From positions 9,698 to 73,697 of the forward strand of contig DASWIG010000794.1 of assembly GCA_036397835.1 (NCBI GenBank): a stretch of DNA of 64,000 nucleotides, read 5' to 3'. This document shows, piece by piece, positions 7,949 to 19,500 of this stretch; the stretch's first letter is position 1; each line of letters begins with the position of its first letter. Source of the stretch: Thermoanaerobaculia bacterium (lineage in GTDB: Bacteria; Acidobacteriota; Thermoanaerobaculia; Multivoradales; J023). Under the pieces are notes generated by a model. That model did no database searches. It was not told the DNA's origin and saw nothing but the letters and a program-made list of their open reading frames with translations. The position numbers were made by a program, and so were the translations under genes.

Positions 7949-9454
7949 TCAGAGCACGACCCGCGTGTCGAACTTCCCAGTCAAGACCTTGCCGCCGGTC
8001 TTGACCTGGACCCAGATCCGGTACGGCCCCGACTTCGGGAACTCGAACGGGAACGAGACGCGATGAGTGGACTTGGAGCCGGAGCTCATCCCGTGGTGCA
8101 TATGGTGTATGCCGCCGTTGCCGCCGCCTCCCGCAGGCTCACGCTCACCCCGCTGGAACAGAGCCTGGGAGGCCATGGAGAAGGTGCCTGTGGGGTGTAG
8201 GTGGGCGAAGACCGCGCCATCGAATCGCCGGACGGCCGCATGTCCCATCATTCCCATGTATGGCTCCAGCAGAGCCGGGTTTCCGTCGGGATCCAGAACC
8301 GAGAACCGCAGCGACGTGCCACCTCGCCGATCAACCTCCTCCGGGTTCTCCCACACCATCCGATAGTCCTCCGCCAGCGGGCTGGTCGAGTTGTCGCTGA
8401 TCTGGCCAGGCGACTCGGCGGGCTCGCTGAGATGCCAGGAGTCGTCAGGGTCGCGGGCAAGACGCGGAGCGGTGGTGGAATCCTCAGCCCACGCCTCAGG
8501 GGGATCCGGCAGCGCCACTACCGCGGTCAAGGTCTGGCTGAGACCGCTCGCCATGGTGATGTCGGCGTAGACGCGATAGCTACCTGCAGGCAGAGGCGGC
8601 ACCCCGATCTCGAATCGCGATCCCTGGCGAACAGGGTGAACGTGCGCGAAGGCGTCGAGCTCCGGCTCGCGGAGGAGGAACGCGTGCATCAGCTTGCCGT
8701 GGTCGGTGACCAGGTCCGGCCAGGCGCCGTCGCCTCCGGCGAGGGTCGCCAGCGCCAGCGAGAGGATCGGCTCGCCTCCCTCCAATCGCACTTCTCCGAC
8801 CACCGGAAGCGGCTGGGCGCCCGGCTCGAGACGGTGGTGCTCCAAGAGATGCCACAGGGACCATCCGGTCAGCATGACCGCGCCGACGACCAGAGCCGTT
8901 GCGACGCCCGCGCGCCACGCCCGCTGCCGCTGGCGTGCGTCGGGCTGGGCGCCGGGGCCCGATCGACGCCCCGCTCCTCGTGCCGCCAAGCCTGAGCCGA
9001 GCGCGAGGACGATCGCCAGGGCTGCAAAGAGGACCGTGCCGGTCGATGTCGGCTGCGCGGCGCCGGCGACCGCGTTCATCGGAATGATCGCCTCTCCGAG
9101 GCCCAGCGGCCCAACGACGTTCACGTGCACCGCGTAGACGCCGGGGCTGGCGATCGGGAAAACGGCGCTGTAGAGGTTGCTCTCTCCGGGCACGAGCGCC
9201 GCCGTCACCGGCGATGATTCGGCAGACTTTGCCTCCCAAAGGACCGGCAGCACGGTGACCTTGTCGACCTCGTCCGCCCTGACCGTCACCGTGATCTCGG
9301 CCTGACCCGGCAGGGACTCCGGAGGCCGCAGCACGGCGCTGACCGGATACGGCCCAGCCGTGTCGTGGAAGAAGATGTTGGACGTGCCCACATGTCCAAG
9401 AGCGAGCATGGGGCACAGCAGCACGAATCCGGTTGCGACGAGGTGCCTTTTCAT
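7949..9454 (-). CDS. Secreted/membrane-anchored protein with two FAHxHP repeat domains and a His/Met-rich loop (putative metal-binding)
   Basis: Start reassigned to MKRHLVATGFVLLCPMLALG|HVGTS (signal peptide). This ATG at 9454 overlaps the stop of the PDZ gene (ATGA). There are two internal TM helices. The repeats are 'MHAFLLREPELDAFAHVHP..AGSYRVYA' and 'GHAAVRRFDGAVFAHLHP..SGPYRIWV', and the loop reads 'GGIHHMHHGMSSGS'. The 695-aa track ORF has a spurious 5' extension. Confidence 0.65.
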   Translation of the reverse strand: MKRHLVATGFVLLCPMLALGHVGTSNIFFHDTAGPYPVSAVLRPPESLPGQAEITVTVRADEVDKVTVLPVLWEAKSAESSPVTAALVPGESNLYSAVFPIASPGVYAVHVNVVGPLGLGEAIIPMNAVAGAAQPTSTGTVLFAALAIVLALGSGLAARGAGRRSGPGAQPDARQRQRAWRAGVATALVVGAVMLTGWSLWHLLEHHRLEPGAQPLPVVGEVRLEGGEPILSLALATLAGGDGAWPDLVTDHGKLMHAFLLREPELDAFAHVHPVRQGSRFEIGVPPLPAGSYRVYADITMASGLSQTLTAVVALPDPPEAWAEDSTTAPRLARDPDDSWHLSEPAESPGQISDNSTSPLAEDYRMVWENPEEVDRRGGTSLRFSVLDPDGNPALLEPYMGMMGHAAVRRFDGAVFAHLHPTGTFSMASQALFQRGEREPAGGGGNGGIHHMHHGMSSGSKSTHRVSFPFEFPKSGPYRIWVQVKTGGKVLTGKFDTRVVL

Positions 9455-10554
9455 CGACCCGTAGACTCCCGTGTTAGATCGGAGGAACCAGCAGGGGTGG
9501 TCACCTCGGCTGGCCGGTCCGCCGGATGCTGGCGGCTCTTGTGCAGACTGTAGGTGAACGCCAGAATCACCGGCAGGAAAAACAAAGTAAAGGGCTGTTG
9601 CGACGGACCTCCCGGGATGACCGAGTAATGAAAGAAGCTCAGAACGAGATATGGAATCATCGGCAGCACGACGCCCCAGGTCAGCACGTTGAGCCCGAAT
9701 GCCCGGCGTTCCTCCGGACTGGTCGTGACCCACCTGTAGACCAGCACTGCGAGGCAGGCGATCGCGTACACGTTGGGCAGCAGGTGCCCGGCCAACAAGA
9801 CCAGGATTATGAACAGGACGTTCTCCAGCGGCGGCGAGGTGAAGGCGGCGATCATTTTGGCCACGATCAGTGCCGAGACGACCACCCCGGGCAGATAGAT
9901 CCAAAACACGGTTCTGCAGCCCCGGCACCGGCTCTTGCCGCCCCCGCCGCAGGAATGCTCGGCGATGGCCAGCGGCCTGGGAAAGACGAGTAAGAAGTGG
10001 AGAAGCAGGCCGGGAGCCAGTGTACCGAGGACCCACGTCATCCAGAAATCGACTTGTGTCAGCAAGGTCGAGTAGACTTCGGGATTCCTGCTCAGCATGA
10101 ACGATTCGTTGATGGCGCCCAGCAGGTAGAGCATGCTCGCCAGGCTCCCGATCTTGAGGAAGAAACCCAGGCCGGAGAGCACCCAGAACACCAGCATTGC
10201 GGCGATCGCCAGCATGATCGCCTTGGCAAAGGGCGTAAGTCCAGTAATCTCCCCCTCGATCTGCACAGGCTGTCCGTCGCGCCCGACGGTTATGCTGAAC
10301 TGCTCACCGATGCTGAGCTGGCCTGTGATCCCATCAAGGCTCTTCAAACGGTCGCCCACCTGGAATCCGGCCTCCTCGGCCGCGGTAGACGACACGACCC
10401 GCACGATCTCGTACCCATCGTCGGCTGGCCCGATCTCGACGCCGAGAACACCGGTATCGAGAATATCGAGGGCACCCGCGAAGATCCAAGCCAGGACCAG
10501 AGCCGCCGCGAGAATCAGCTCGGGCTTGAAGCGCGTGAATCGGAATTCGCTCAT
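9451..10554 (-). CDS. PDZ domain-containing polytopic membrane protein
   Basis: Track ORF of 367 aa. It has an N-terminal TM helix, a PDZ-like region 'YEIVRVVSSTAAEEAGFQVGDRLKSLDG', and then about 7 hydrophobic helices. It starts 30 nt after the NRPS-TE stop. Confidence 0.75.
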   Translation of the reverse strand: MSEFRFTRFKPELILAAALVLAWIFAGALDILDTGVLGVEIGPADDGYEIVRVVSSTAAEEAGFQVGDRLKSLDGITGQLSIGEQFSITVGRDGQPVQIEGEITGLTPFAKAIMLAIAAMLVFWVLSGLGFFLKIGSLASMLYLLGAINESFMLSRNPEVYSTLLTQVDFWMTWVLGTLAPGLLLHFLLVFPRPLAIAEHSCGGGGKSRCRGCRTVFWIYLPGVVVSALIVAKMIAAFTSPPLENVLFIILVLLAGHLLPNVYAIACLAVLVYRWVTTSPEERRAFGLNVLTWGVVLPMIPYLVLSFFHYSVIPGGPSQQPFTLFFLPVILAFTYSLHKSRQHPADRPAEVTTPAGSSDLTRESTGR

Positions 10555-10583
10555 TTTGGACTCCTTCTCTTCGAATCTGAGAA

Positions 10584-13500
10584 TCAGATCCGAGAATTTG
10601 AACCCAGTCGGTTTGCAATTTGCACCTCCAACCGCTCTGCCAACTGTGCGACGTGAGGTTGCTGGAGAAAGGAGAAGTGATCACCGGAAATCTCCTCGAC
10701 GGTGACGCCGCCCTGAGCGTACCTTCCCCAGCCCAGATCCGAGCTCAAGGTCTCCTTCCCGGAGCCGTCGCGGGCTCTGAACAGATAGACCTGGCCCGGG
10801 TAAGGTCGGGGATCGTAGCGCTCCTCGGCGATCAGAGTGGACTCGAAGACTCGGAACAGGTGGCGAGCTTCCGGCAATCCAACCTCTGGCGGCAGCTTCT
10901 TGGCGGCTTTGGCCTCCTCCAGGACGAGGGCGAGCTTTTCGTCAGTCGACAAGCGCCCGAGCTCCTCTGCGGACAGAGCGAGTCGATCGAGCGACAGACC
11001 GAGGTCGAGGGCGAAGATCGCCAGCGGTTCCAGATCACCGCCCTCCTCAAGCTCGTCGTGTGGCTGTTGCGCTCGCGAATCCATGAGAACGAGGAGCCCA
11101 ACTTCCTGACCCCGAGCCTGGAGCTGCCGGGCCATCTCGAATGCGATCAACCCACCTACTGACCAGCCGCCGAGAAGGTATGGACCTTGCGGCTGAACGC
11201 CACGAATCGTCTCCAGGTAGTGGGCCGCCATCTCTTCGACGCGGCTGAGAGGTTGCTGGGAGCCGTCGAGGCCCAGGGCCTGCAGAGCATAGAACGGCTG
11301 CTCCGGTCCCAGATGGCGCGCCAGCTCGACGTAGCAGAAGACGTTTCCGCCGACCGGATGGACGCAGAAGAACGGCGTTGCCGAACCACCGGGCTGCAGC
11401 GCCACCAGGCTGGACTGAGCGAGGGGCTCGGTCTCGTGACGCAGAGCGGCGGCGAGTGCTTCGACCGTGGAATGCTGAAACAGCGCCGCGACAGGCAGGG
11501 CGCGGCCGAGGCGCCTTTCGAGACATGCCATGAGACGCACCGCCAAGAGCGAGTGGCCACCCCGCGCGAAGAAGTCGTCGGTGACGCCGATCGGGCGGGT
11601 ATCCAAAAGCTCTTCCCAGATCTGAACGAGCTTGAGCTCCAGCGCGTCGCGCGGCGCAACGGTCGGGCCGTGGCCGCCGGCCATCTCGGGCTTGATCCCG
11701 GCCAGCGCCCGCCGGTCGAGCTTTCCGCTCGGCGTCCGGGGCAAGGCCTCGAGGAATACGAAAACCGATGGGATCATGTAGTCGGGAAGCCGCCCGGCCA
11801 GGGCGGCGTCAAGCGCACCGGCCGAAAGTGCCACCTCCGAGTCCGTCACCAGGTACGCTTGCAAGCGGCGGTCACCGGAAGCATCGAGCGGCGCCAGGAC
11901 CTCCACCTCCCGGACCGCGGGATGTTCGCCGAGCACCGCTGCGATCTCGCCCAGCTCGATCCGGAAACCGCGTACCTTGACCTGATCATCGACCCGTCCC
12001 AGGAACTCGAGGTTGCCGTCGGCCCGGTGGCGGGTCAGATCGCCGGTCTTGTAGAGGCGCCCCCCTGGTCGATCTCCGATGGGATCCGGAATGAACTTCT
12101 CGGCGGTGAGCCGCGGGCGGTGGAGATAGCCCCGCGCGACCGGAACCCCTCCGATGTGGAGCTCGCCGGCAAGCCCCATCGGCACCGCAGAGAGCTCGCG
12201 ATCCAAGGGGTAGACCCGAGCATTCGCGATCGCCCGGCCAAGCGGTACGGCCCGCCCCGCCGCCTCCGGATCGGAGAGTCGAGAGAGCTCACAGGCGATG
12301 GCCACGATGGTCGCTTCCGTGGGACCGTAGGTATTGAAGAGCCGGACCTCTCGTCCCACACGATTCCGCCAGGCGGCCCACCGGTCCGGCAACGCCGCCT
12401 CACCTCCGATGATCACTTGCCGCACGCAGCGCGGCCACCCGAGGCAGCCCGTGCAGAGTGCCGCCGTCACCTCATGCCAATACGCTGTCGGGAGGTCCAA
12501 TACCGTCAGTCCCAGTTCCTCACAACTTCGCAAGAACTCGGCCACCGAGCCTGGCATGGACTCGCTGCGCAGCACCAACCGGGCACCTCGGGTCAGGCAC
12601 GAGAAGATCTCTTCCGCGCTGGTATCGAAGCTGCTCGAGGCAAACTGGAGCATCCGATCTTCGGGCTGCAACGCCAATTCCTCTGCCCGGCTCTCGATGT
12701 AGTTCACCAGCGAGCCGTGCGCCACCAGGACTCCCTTGGGATTTCCGGTCGATCCAGAGGTATAAATGACGTAGGCGGGATTCTCGGCCCCGACCCGGCC
12801 GAGCGTACTCTCTCCGCTCTCGTGACGCAATGTCGCCTCGTCCTGGCTCAGCAACACGACCTTGACCCGTTCCGGCAGTCGAATCTTGGCCAACGACCTC
12901 CGGGTCAAGAGCAGCGACGCCTGAGCATCATGCATCATGAAGGCTCGACGCTCTTGCGGATAGGATGGATCCAGGGGCAGGTAGGCCGCTCCGGACTTCA
13001 GAATCCCAAAAAGCCCCACCACGAGCTCCAGCGAACGTTCCAGGCAAATGCCCACCACCACCTCGGGGCCCGCACCCACGGCTTGCAGATGGCGGGCCAG
13101 GCGGTTGGATCGCTCATTCAGTTGCCGGTAGGTCAGCCGCGCGCCGCCGAATTCTACCGCTGGCTGATCAGGCGTCCTCGCCACCTGGTCTTCGAACAGC
13201 TCGTGGATGCATCGATCGCGGGAATAGGCCTTGCCGGTGTCGTTCCACTCCACCACGACTTGACTGCGCTGCGCCCCGGCGAGCAGCGGTAGGCCGAACA
13301 CGTGCCGTTCGGGCTGGGAGACCACCGTCGCCAGCAAGCTCCGGAGATGTCCCTGGAATCGTTGGATCGTGGTGCTGTCAAACAATTCTGTGTTGTATTC
13401 CACTTCCCCGATGAGTACCTCTCCTTCCTCCGTCATCGCCAGCGTCAAGTCGAAATTCGCCGTCATGGTCTCCGCCTCCAACCGGCTGATCCGCAATCCG

Positions 13501-16500
13501 GTACCTTCGACGGCTTCTCGCGGCGTATTCTCCAGCAGGAACATCACCTGAAACAGCGGCGAGTGGGCGAGGCTTCGCTCCGGCTCCAGCTCTTCGACCA
13601 GCTTCTCGAAAGGCAGCTCCTGGTGAGCGTGCGCCTCCAGCGCGATCTCCCGCACCCGAGCCAACAACGAACGGAACGTCGGGTTCCCCGACAGGTCGGT
13701 GCGTAGCACCAGCGTATTGACGAAAAATCCGATCAGCCCTTCGATCTCCAGCCTGTTGCGTCCCGCGATCGGCGTTCCTACGCTGATGTCGTCCTGACTC
13801 GTGTAGCGCGCAAGAAGCGCTTGAAACGCTGCCAGCAGAGTCATGAACGGCGTCGCTCCCTCCTTGCGGCCGAGCACCAACAGCGCTGCGCTCAGATCCG
13901 CCGGCAGCACAAAAGTCCGGGTCGTCCCGCGGTGAGTCTGAACCGCCGGCCGCGGCCGATCGGCAGGCATCTGGAGCAGCGGCGGTGCACCCTTTAACCG
14001 CTTGCGCCAGTAGTCGAGCTGTGCCGCCAGCACCTCGCCGCGCAGCCAGCCGCGCTGCCAGGTCGCGTAGTCCGGGTACTGAATCTCCAGCTCCGGAAGG
14101 GGTGAAGGACGCCCCTCGACAAATGCTCCGTACAGGGTCGCCAGCTCCCGCATCAGGATTCCCAGGGACCAGCCGTCGCTCGCGATGTGGTGCAGCGTGA
14201 CCAGCATCGCATGATCCTCTTCCCCGAGCCTTAACAGGAGGGCCCGCCACACCGGTCCTCGAACCAGGTCGAAGGGCCGCTGTGCCTCGACCCGCGCCAA
14301 CCGCAGCATCAGATGGGAGCGCTGCCGGTCGGGAATCTGTTCCAGGTTCACGACCGGGAAAGGCACCGGCTCGGGGGGAGCCGTCACCTGGACCGGCTCG
14401 CCATCCACCGAGTGGTAGCTCGTGCACAGCACTTCGTGACGCCGCACCAACTCGCTGAGGCTCAGTTGAAGTGCTCTCCGCCGCAACGGACCCTCCAAGC
14501 GCAGCGCGGCGGGGACGTTATAGGCAGGATTGCCGGGCTCCAACTGATCCAGGAACCACATACGTTGTTGGGCAAACGAGAGGGGCAGTCCCTTTCTGCC
14601 GAGGGCGCCGTCCCTGGGAGCCGGCACCATGGGTGGTGGCCCCCAGCCCTCGGCGCTTTCCATCGCCCGGTTCACCCTCGCCGCCAGGCCGGCGATCGTC
14701 GGCGCCTCGAAGAGAGCGCGCAGCGGCAGCTCGATCCGGAAGGCTCGCACCACGCGGGAGAACATCTGGGTCGCCAGGAGCGAGTGGCCGCCGAGCTCGA
14801 AGAAGTTATCGTAGACGCCCAGCCCTTCGATTCCCAGCAGATCCGACCAGATCTCGGCGAGCAGCTCCTCACTCGGGCCCCGCGGCGCAACGAACGTGCC
14901 CCGCGGAGTCGAGAGCGCGTCCCCAGGAGGCGGCAATGCCCCCCGGTCCACCTTGCCGTTCGGCAAGCGGGGCAGCGACTTGAGCTCGATGAACAGCGAC
15001 GGCACCATGTAGTCCGGCAGTCGCTCGGCGAGAAAATGCCGCAGCTCGCCGCTGGCGGGAACGCCTTGCCCGGATGGCGTCACGTAGCCCACCAGCCGGA
15101 ACGAGATCGGTCCGCCGCCTCCTGCCTCCCGGAAGTCGCCCGGCCCCTCGTGGCGCGCCATCACCACCGCCTCTTCGATGCCGGGGTGTTGGGCCAGCGC
15201 CACCTCGACCTCCCCCGGCTCGATGCGGAAACCCCGCACCTTTAGCTGGTGATCGATCCGCCCCCAAAACTCCAGGTCGCCGTCCGGGCGCCAGCGCACC
15301 CGATCGCCCGTCCGGTAGAGACGTTCTCCCCGCTGCCCGCTGCAATCATCTGGCAGGAACTTCTCCGCCGTCATCGCCGGCCGCCGGAAGTAGCCGCGCG
15401 CCAGACCCGCCCCGCCGATGAGGAGCTCTCCGAGCGCTCCGATAGGCAGCGGCCGCCCACGTGCATCGAGCACATAAGCCCCGGTATTCGCGATCGGGCG
15501 CCCGATGGACACCGGGGTCCCCGTCTCCGCCGACACGCGGTCGACCAGAGACCATATCGTCGTCTCCGTGGGTCCGTACATGTTCCACAGCGACGCGCCC
15601 CGAGCCAGCAGCCGCCCGGCGAGCCCCGGCGTCAGCTCCTCGCCGCCGCAGAGGATCTTGAGCTGCGGCGAGCCCCGCCAGTCCGCCGCTTCCAGCATCC
15701 GCCAGGTCGCCGGCGTGGCCTGCATCATCGTCGTCTTCGAGGTCGCCAGGCGCCGCAGAAGCTGGCGGCCGTCGGCGGCCACCGTCCCGCCGACCAGCTC
15801 GACGCGGCCGCCCATGGCCAGCGGCAGGTAGAGCTCGAGCCCGGCGATGTCGAACGACAACGTGGTCACGGCGAGCAGCACGTCCCCTGCCGTGAATCCC
15901 GGCTGCAGGCTCATCGACCGCAAGAAGTTGACCAGCGCGCGGTGGGTGATCTGTACCCCTTTCGGGCGGCCGGTCGATCCGGACGTGTAGATCTGGTACG
16001 CCAGTTGCCCCGGTCTCACGGCGCGGCTCGGAGGCTCCACGCTTTCCCTCGCGATCTCCTCCCAGGCCGTGTCCAGGCACAGCCGAGGAGCGGTAGCGGC
16101 GGCCAACGCGGGGCGCCCGCTGCGCTCGATCACGCGCTCCTCGGTCAGAATCAAACCCACCCCAGCGTCTTCTTCGAGCAGCAACGCCAAGCGTTGGTCA
16201 GGATAGCCCGGATCCAGCGGCACGTAGAAGCCCCCCGCCTTGAGCACGGCTAGCAGAGCGACCACCATCGCCGGCGAGCGCTCCAGGCACACCGCCACCG
16301 CCACCTCGGGACCCACCGACCGGCGCCGCAGATGGTGCGCAAGCCGGCTCGAGCGCCGGTCAAGCTCGCGGTAGCTCACCTGCGCCTCGCCGCAGACCAC
16401 CGCCACCCGGTCGGACGTGGTCGCTGCAAGTGCGGCGAACCACTCTGGCAGCCAGGGCTCGCGACTCCCGCCCGAATCCGTGTCATTCCACTCCCTCAGC

Positions 16501-19500
16501 AACTGCGAACATTCCCCTGCTCCCAGCAGCTCGAGCTCGGAGAGCCGCCGCCGAGGTTGCGACACCACTCCCTGGAGCAGGTGCTTGAAGTGCTCCACTA
16601 GCCGCCCGATGGTGGTGGCGTCGAAGAGATCCGTGTTATATTCCACAGCCCCCCTGAGCCCTTCTTCGGCCTCCTCCATCAACACCGTCAGATCGAACTT
16701 CGCCGTCTCGGTCCCCACCTCCAACGGCTGAATCCGAAGTCTCGAAACCGCCAGACTCTCCGCCGGCGCATTTTGCACGGTGAACAGTGCCTGAAACAGG
16801 GGCGAGTGCGCCAAGTTCCGCTCCGGCTCGAGCGACTCCACCAGCTTCTCGAACGGGAGATCCTGGTGCGCGTGCGCCGCCAGCGACACCTCGCGCACCC
16901 GCGCCAGCAGGTCCCGGAACTCCGGATCGCCCCGTAAATCGACGCGCAGCACCAGGGTGTTGAGGAAAAAGCCGATTAACGCCTCGACCTCCACTCGGTT
17001 GCGTCCCGCGATCGGAGTCCCCACGCTGATGGCGTCCTGACCCGTGTAGCGGGACAAAAGGACCTGAAACGCCGCCAGCGAGGTCATGAACAGCGTCGCT
17101 CCCTCCCGGCGGCCGAGCGCCCCCAGCTCCGCGCTCAAGCCCGCCGGCAATGCGAACGGACGACTCGTGCCGCGGTAAGTCTGAACCGCCGGCCGCGGCC
17201 GGTCGGTGGGCAATTGAAGCAGCGCCGGCGACCCTTGCAATTGCCTTCGCCAGTAGGTGAGCTCCGTCTCCAAGGCCCCCTCGCGCAGCCAGCCCCGCTG
17301 CCATGCCGCAAAATCCGCGTACTGGATCCCCAGCTCCGGCAAGGGTGAAGGACGGCCCTCGACGAGCGCTCCGTACAGAGTCGCGATCTCCCGCGTCATG
17401 ATCCCTAGCGACCAGGCGTCGCTCGCGATGTGGTGCAGCGTCGCCAGCACCGCATGGGCCTGCGGCCCCAGACGCACCAGGGTCACCCGCAATATGGGGC
17501 CCCGGGCCAAATCGAACGGACGTAGCGCCTCGCCGCGCGCCAACCGGCCCAGCTCGCGGGAAACCGCCTCCTCCCCAAGCCCTCCCAGATCCACCACCGG
17601 CAACGCGACCTCCTCGGGAGCCGCGATCACCTGCACCACCTCGCCTCCCCGCGCGGAAAAGCTCGTGCGCAACACCTCGTGGCGACGCACCACTTCGCTG
17701 AGGCTGCGCCGCAACGCCGCCGCGTCCAACGGACCTTCCAGCCGCAGCGGCGTAGGAACGTTGTACGCCGGACTGTCGGGCTCGAGCTGAGCCATGAACC
17801 ACAGCCTCTCCTGGGCGAACGACAGTTGCAGAGCCTGGTCGCGAGAGACCGGCTCGAGCGGCGGGGCTTCCACCATCCGTCCCGCCCTCAGGCCTCGCTC
17901 GATCGTCGCCGACAGCCCCGCGACCGTCGGCTCCTCGAAGATCGTGTGCAACGGCAGCTCCAAGGCGAAGACCCGACGCAGCCGCGAGATTACCCGGGTG
18001 GCGAGCAGCGAGTGAGCCCCCAGATCCTCGAAGAAGTCGTCGTGGACGCCCACCTCCTCGCGGCCCAGGACCTCGGCATAGATCCCCGCCACCACCTCTT
18101 CCACGGGGCTGCGGGGAGCCGCAATCAGAGTCTCGTCGACGTTCTCGCCGGGCGCCGGCAAGACCTGTCGATCGACTTTACCGTTGGCGTTCAGGGGCAG
18201 CGCCGACAGCTCCACCACGGCGGCCGGAATCATGTACGCCGGCAAACGTGCCTTCAGGAACCCGCGCACTTCTTCGTGCGACAGCTCGGTCCCCGGCTCG
18301 GGCACCACATAGGCCACCAGACGCTTGTCCCCGGGCGTGTCCTCGCGCATCACCACCACTGACTCCCGCACCCCCGATGCGCCCCCCAGCACCGCTTCAA
18401 TCTCCCCCGGCTCAATGCGGAAACCGCGGACCTTCACCTGCTGGTCGATCCGGCCCACGAACTCGACTGCCCCGTCCGCCCTGTAGCGCGCCAGGTCCCC
18501 GCTCCGATACAGACGGGCCCCGGGCCGCGAGCTCCGAACATGGGGCGTGAAGACCGCCGCCGTCAGCCCCGGACGGTTGTTGTAACCGCGCGCCAGACCG
18601 TCGCCCCCGACGCACAGATGGCCGACCACCCCCACCGGCACCGGCCGGTCGCCGCGGTCGACCAGGTAAACCTTTGTATTGGCGATCGGACGCCCGATCG
18701 GCACCGTATGCGCCCCGCGACCGACCCGCCGCGGGCGGTGCCAGGTGGTGAACGTCGTGCTCTCCGTGGGACCGTACACGTGCAGCAGACGCCCCTGGAA
18801 ACCGCCCTTCCGTCCCTCTCCCTCGAGTACCGTCCGCACCTGCGTTGGATCCACCGCCTCCCCGCCGAAGAGCAGGTGCTCGAGCGACCGAAACGAGCCC
18901 CCCTCTTCCTGCGAGAGCTGGTTGAACAGCGCCGTGGTCAGAAACATCGCGCCGATCCGCCGTCGGCCGATCTCCTGCCTCAGCTTGCCCGCGGACAGCA
19001 CCTCGTCCTTGGCGAGACCCTCGAGCCGACCCCCGTTCAGCAGTGCACCCCAGATCTCGAAGGTCGCAGCATCGAACGAGGTGGTCGACGCCTGAGCCAC
19101 CCTGCTACCCGGGCCCAGGCGCAGGTAATCCGTGTTCCGCACCAGCCGTACCACCCCACGATGGGCGATTGCCACGCCTTTCGGACGTCCCGTCGAGCCG
19201 GAGGTGTAGGTCACGTACGCCAGACGATTCCCGCCACCCGGACTCCCAAGGCTCGTCTCGCACTCCTCAGCCATCGCCCGGCCAGACCCGCCCACGATCA
19301 CCACCTGGACCGCACGCAAAGGATGGTGCGCCGGCAGCTCTTCCAGCCGCGACTCCCGATGCGCGAGATCCGCTCGATCCCGGCTCGCCACCACGACGTC
19401 GATCCTGGTGTCGTCCAGCATGAACGCCACCCGCTCCGGCGGATAGGTCGGATCGATCGGCACATAGGCGCCGCCCGCTTTCAGGATCGCCAGGCTCGCG

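Noticed and set aside
9455-10036. 5' extension of the 695-aa ORF (7949-10036)
   Set aside because: It overlaps the PDZ gene in another frame. A signal peptide begins at the internal ATG 9454, which forms an ATGA overlap with the PDZ stop.
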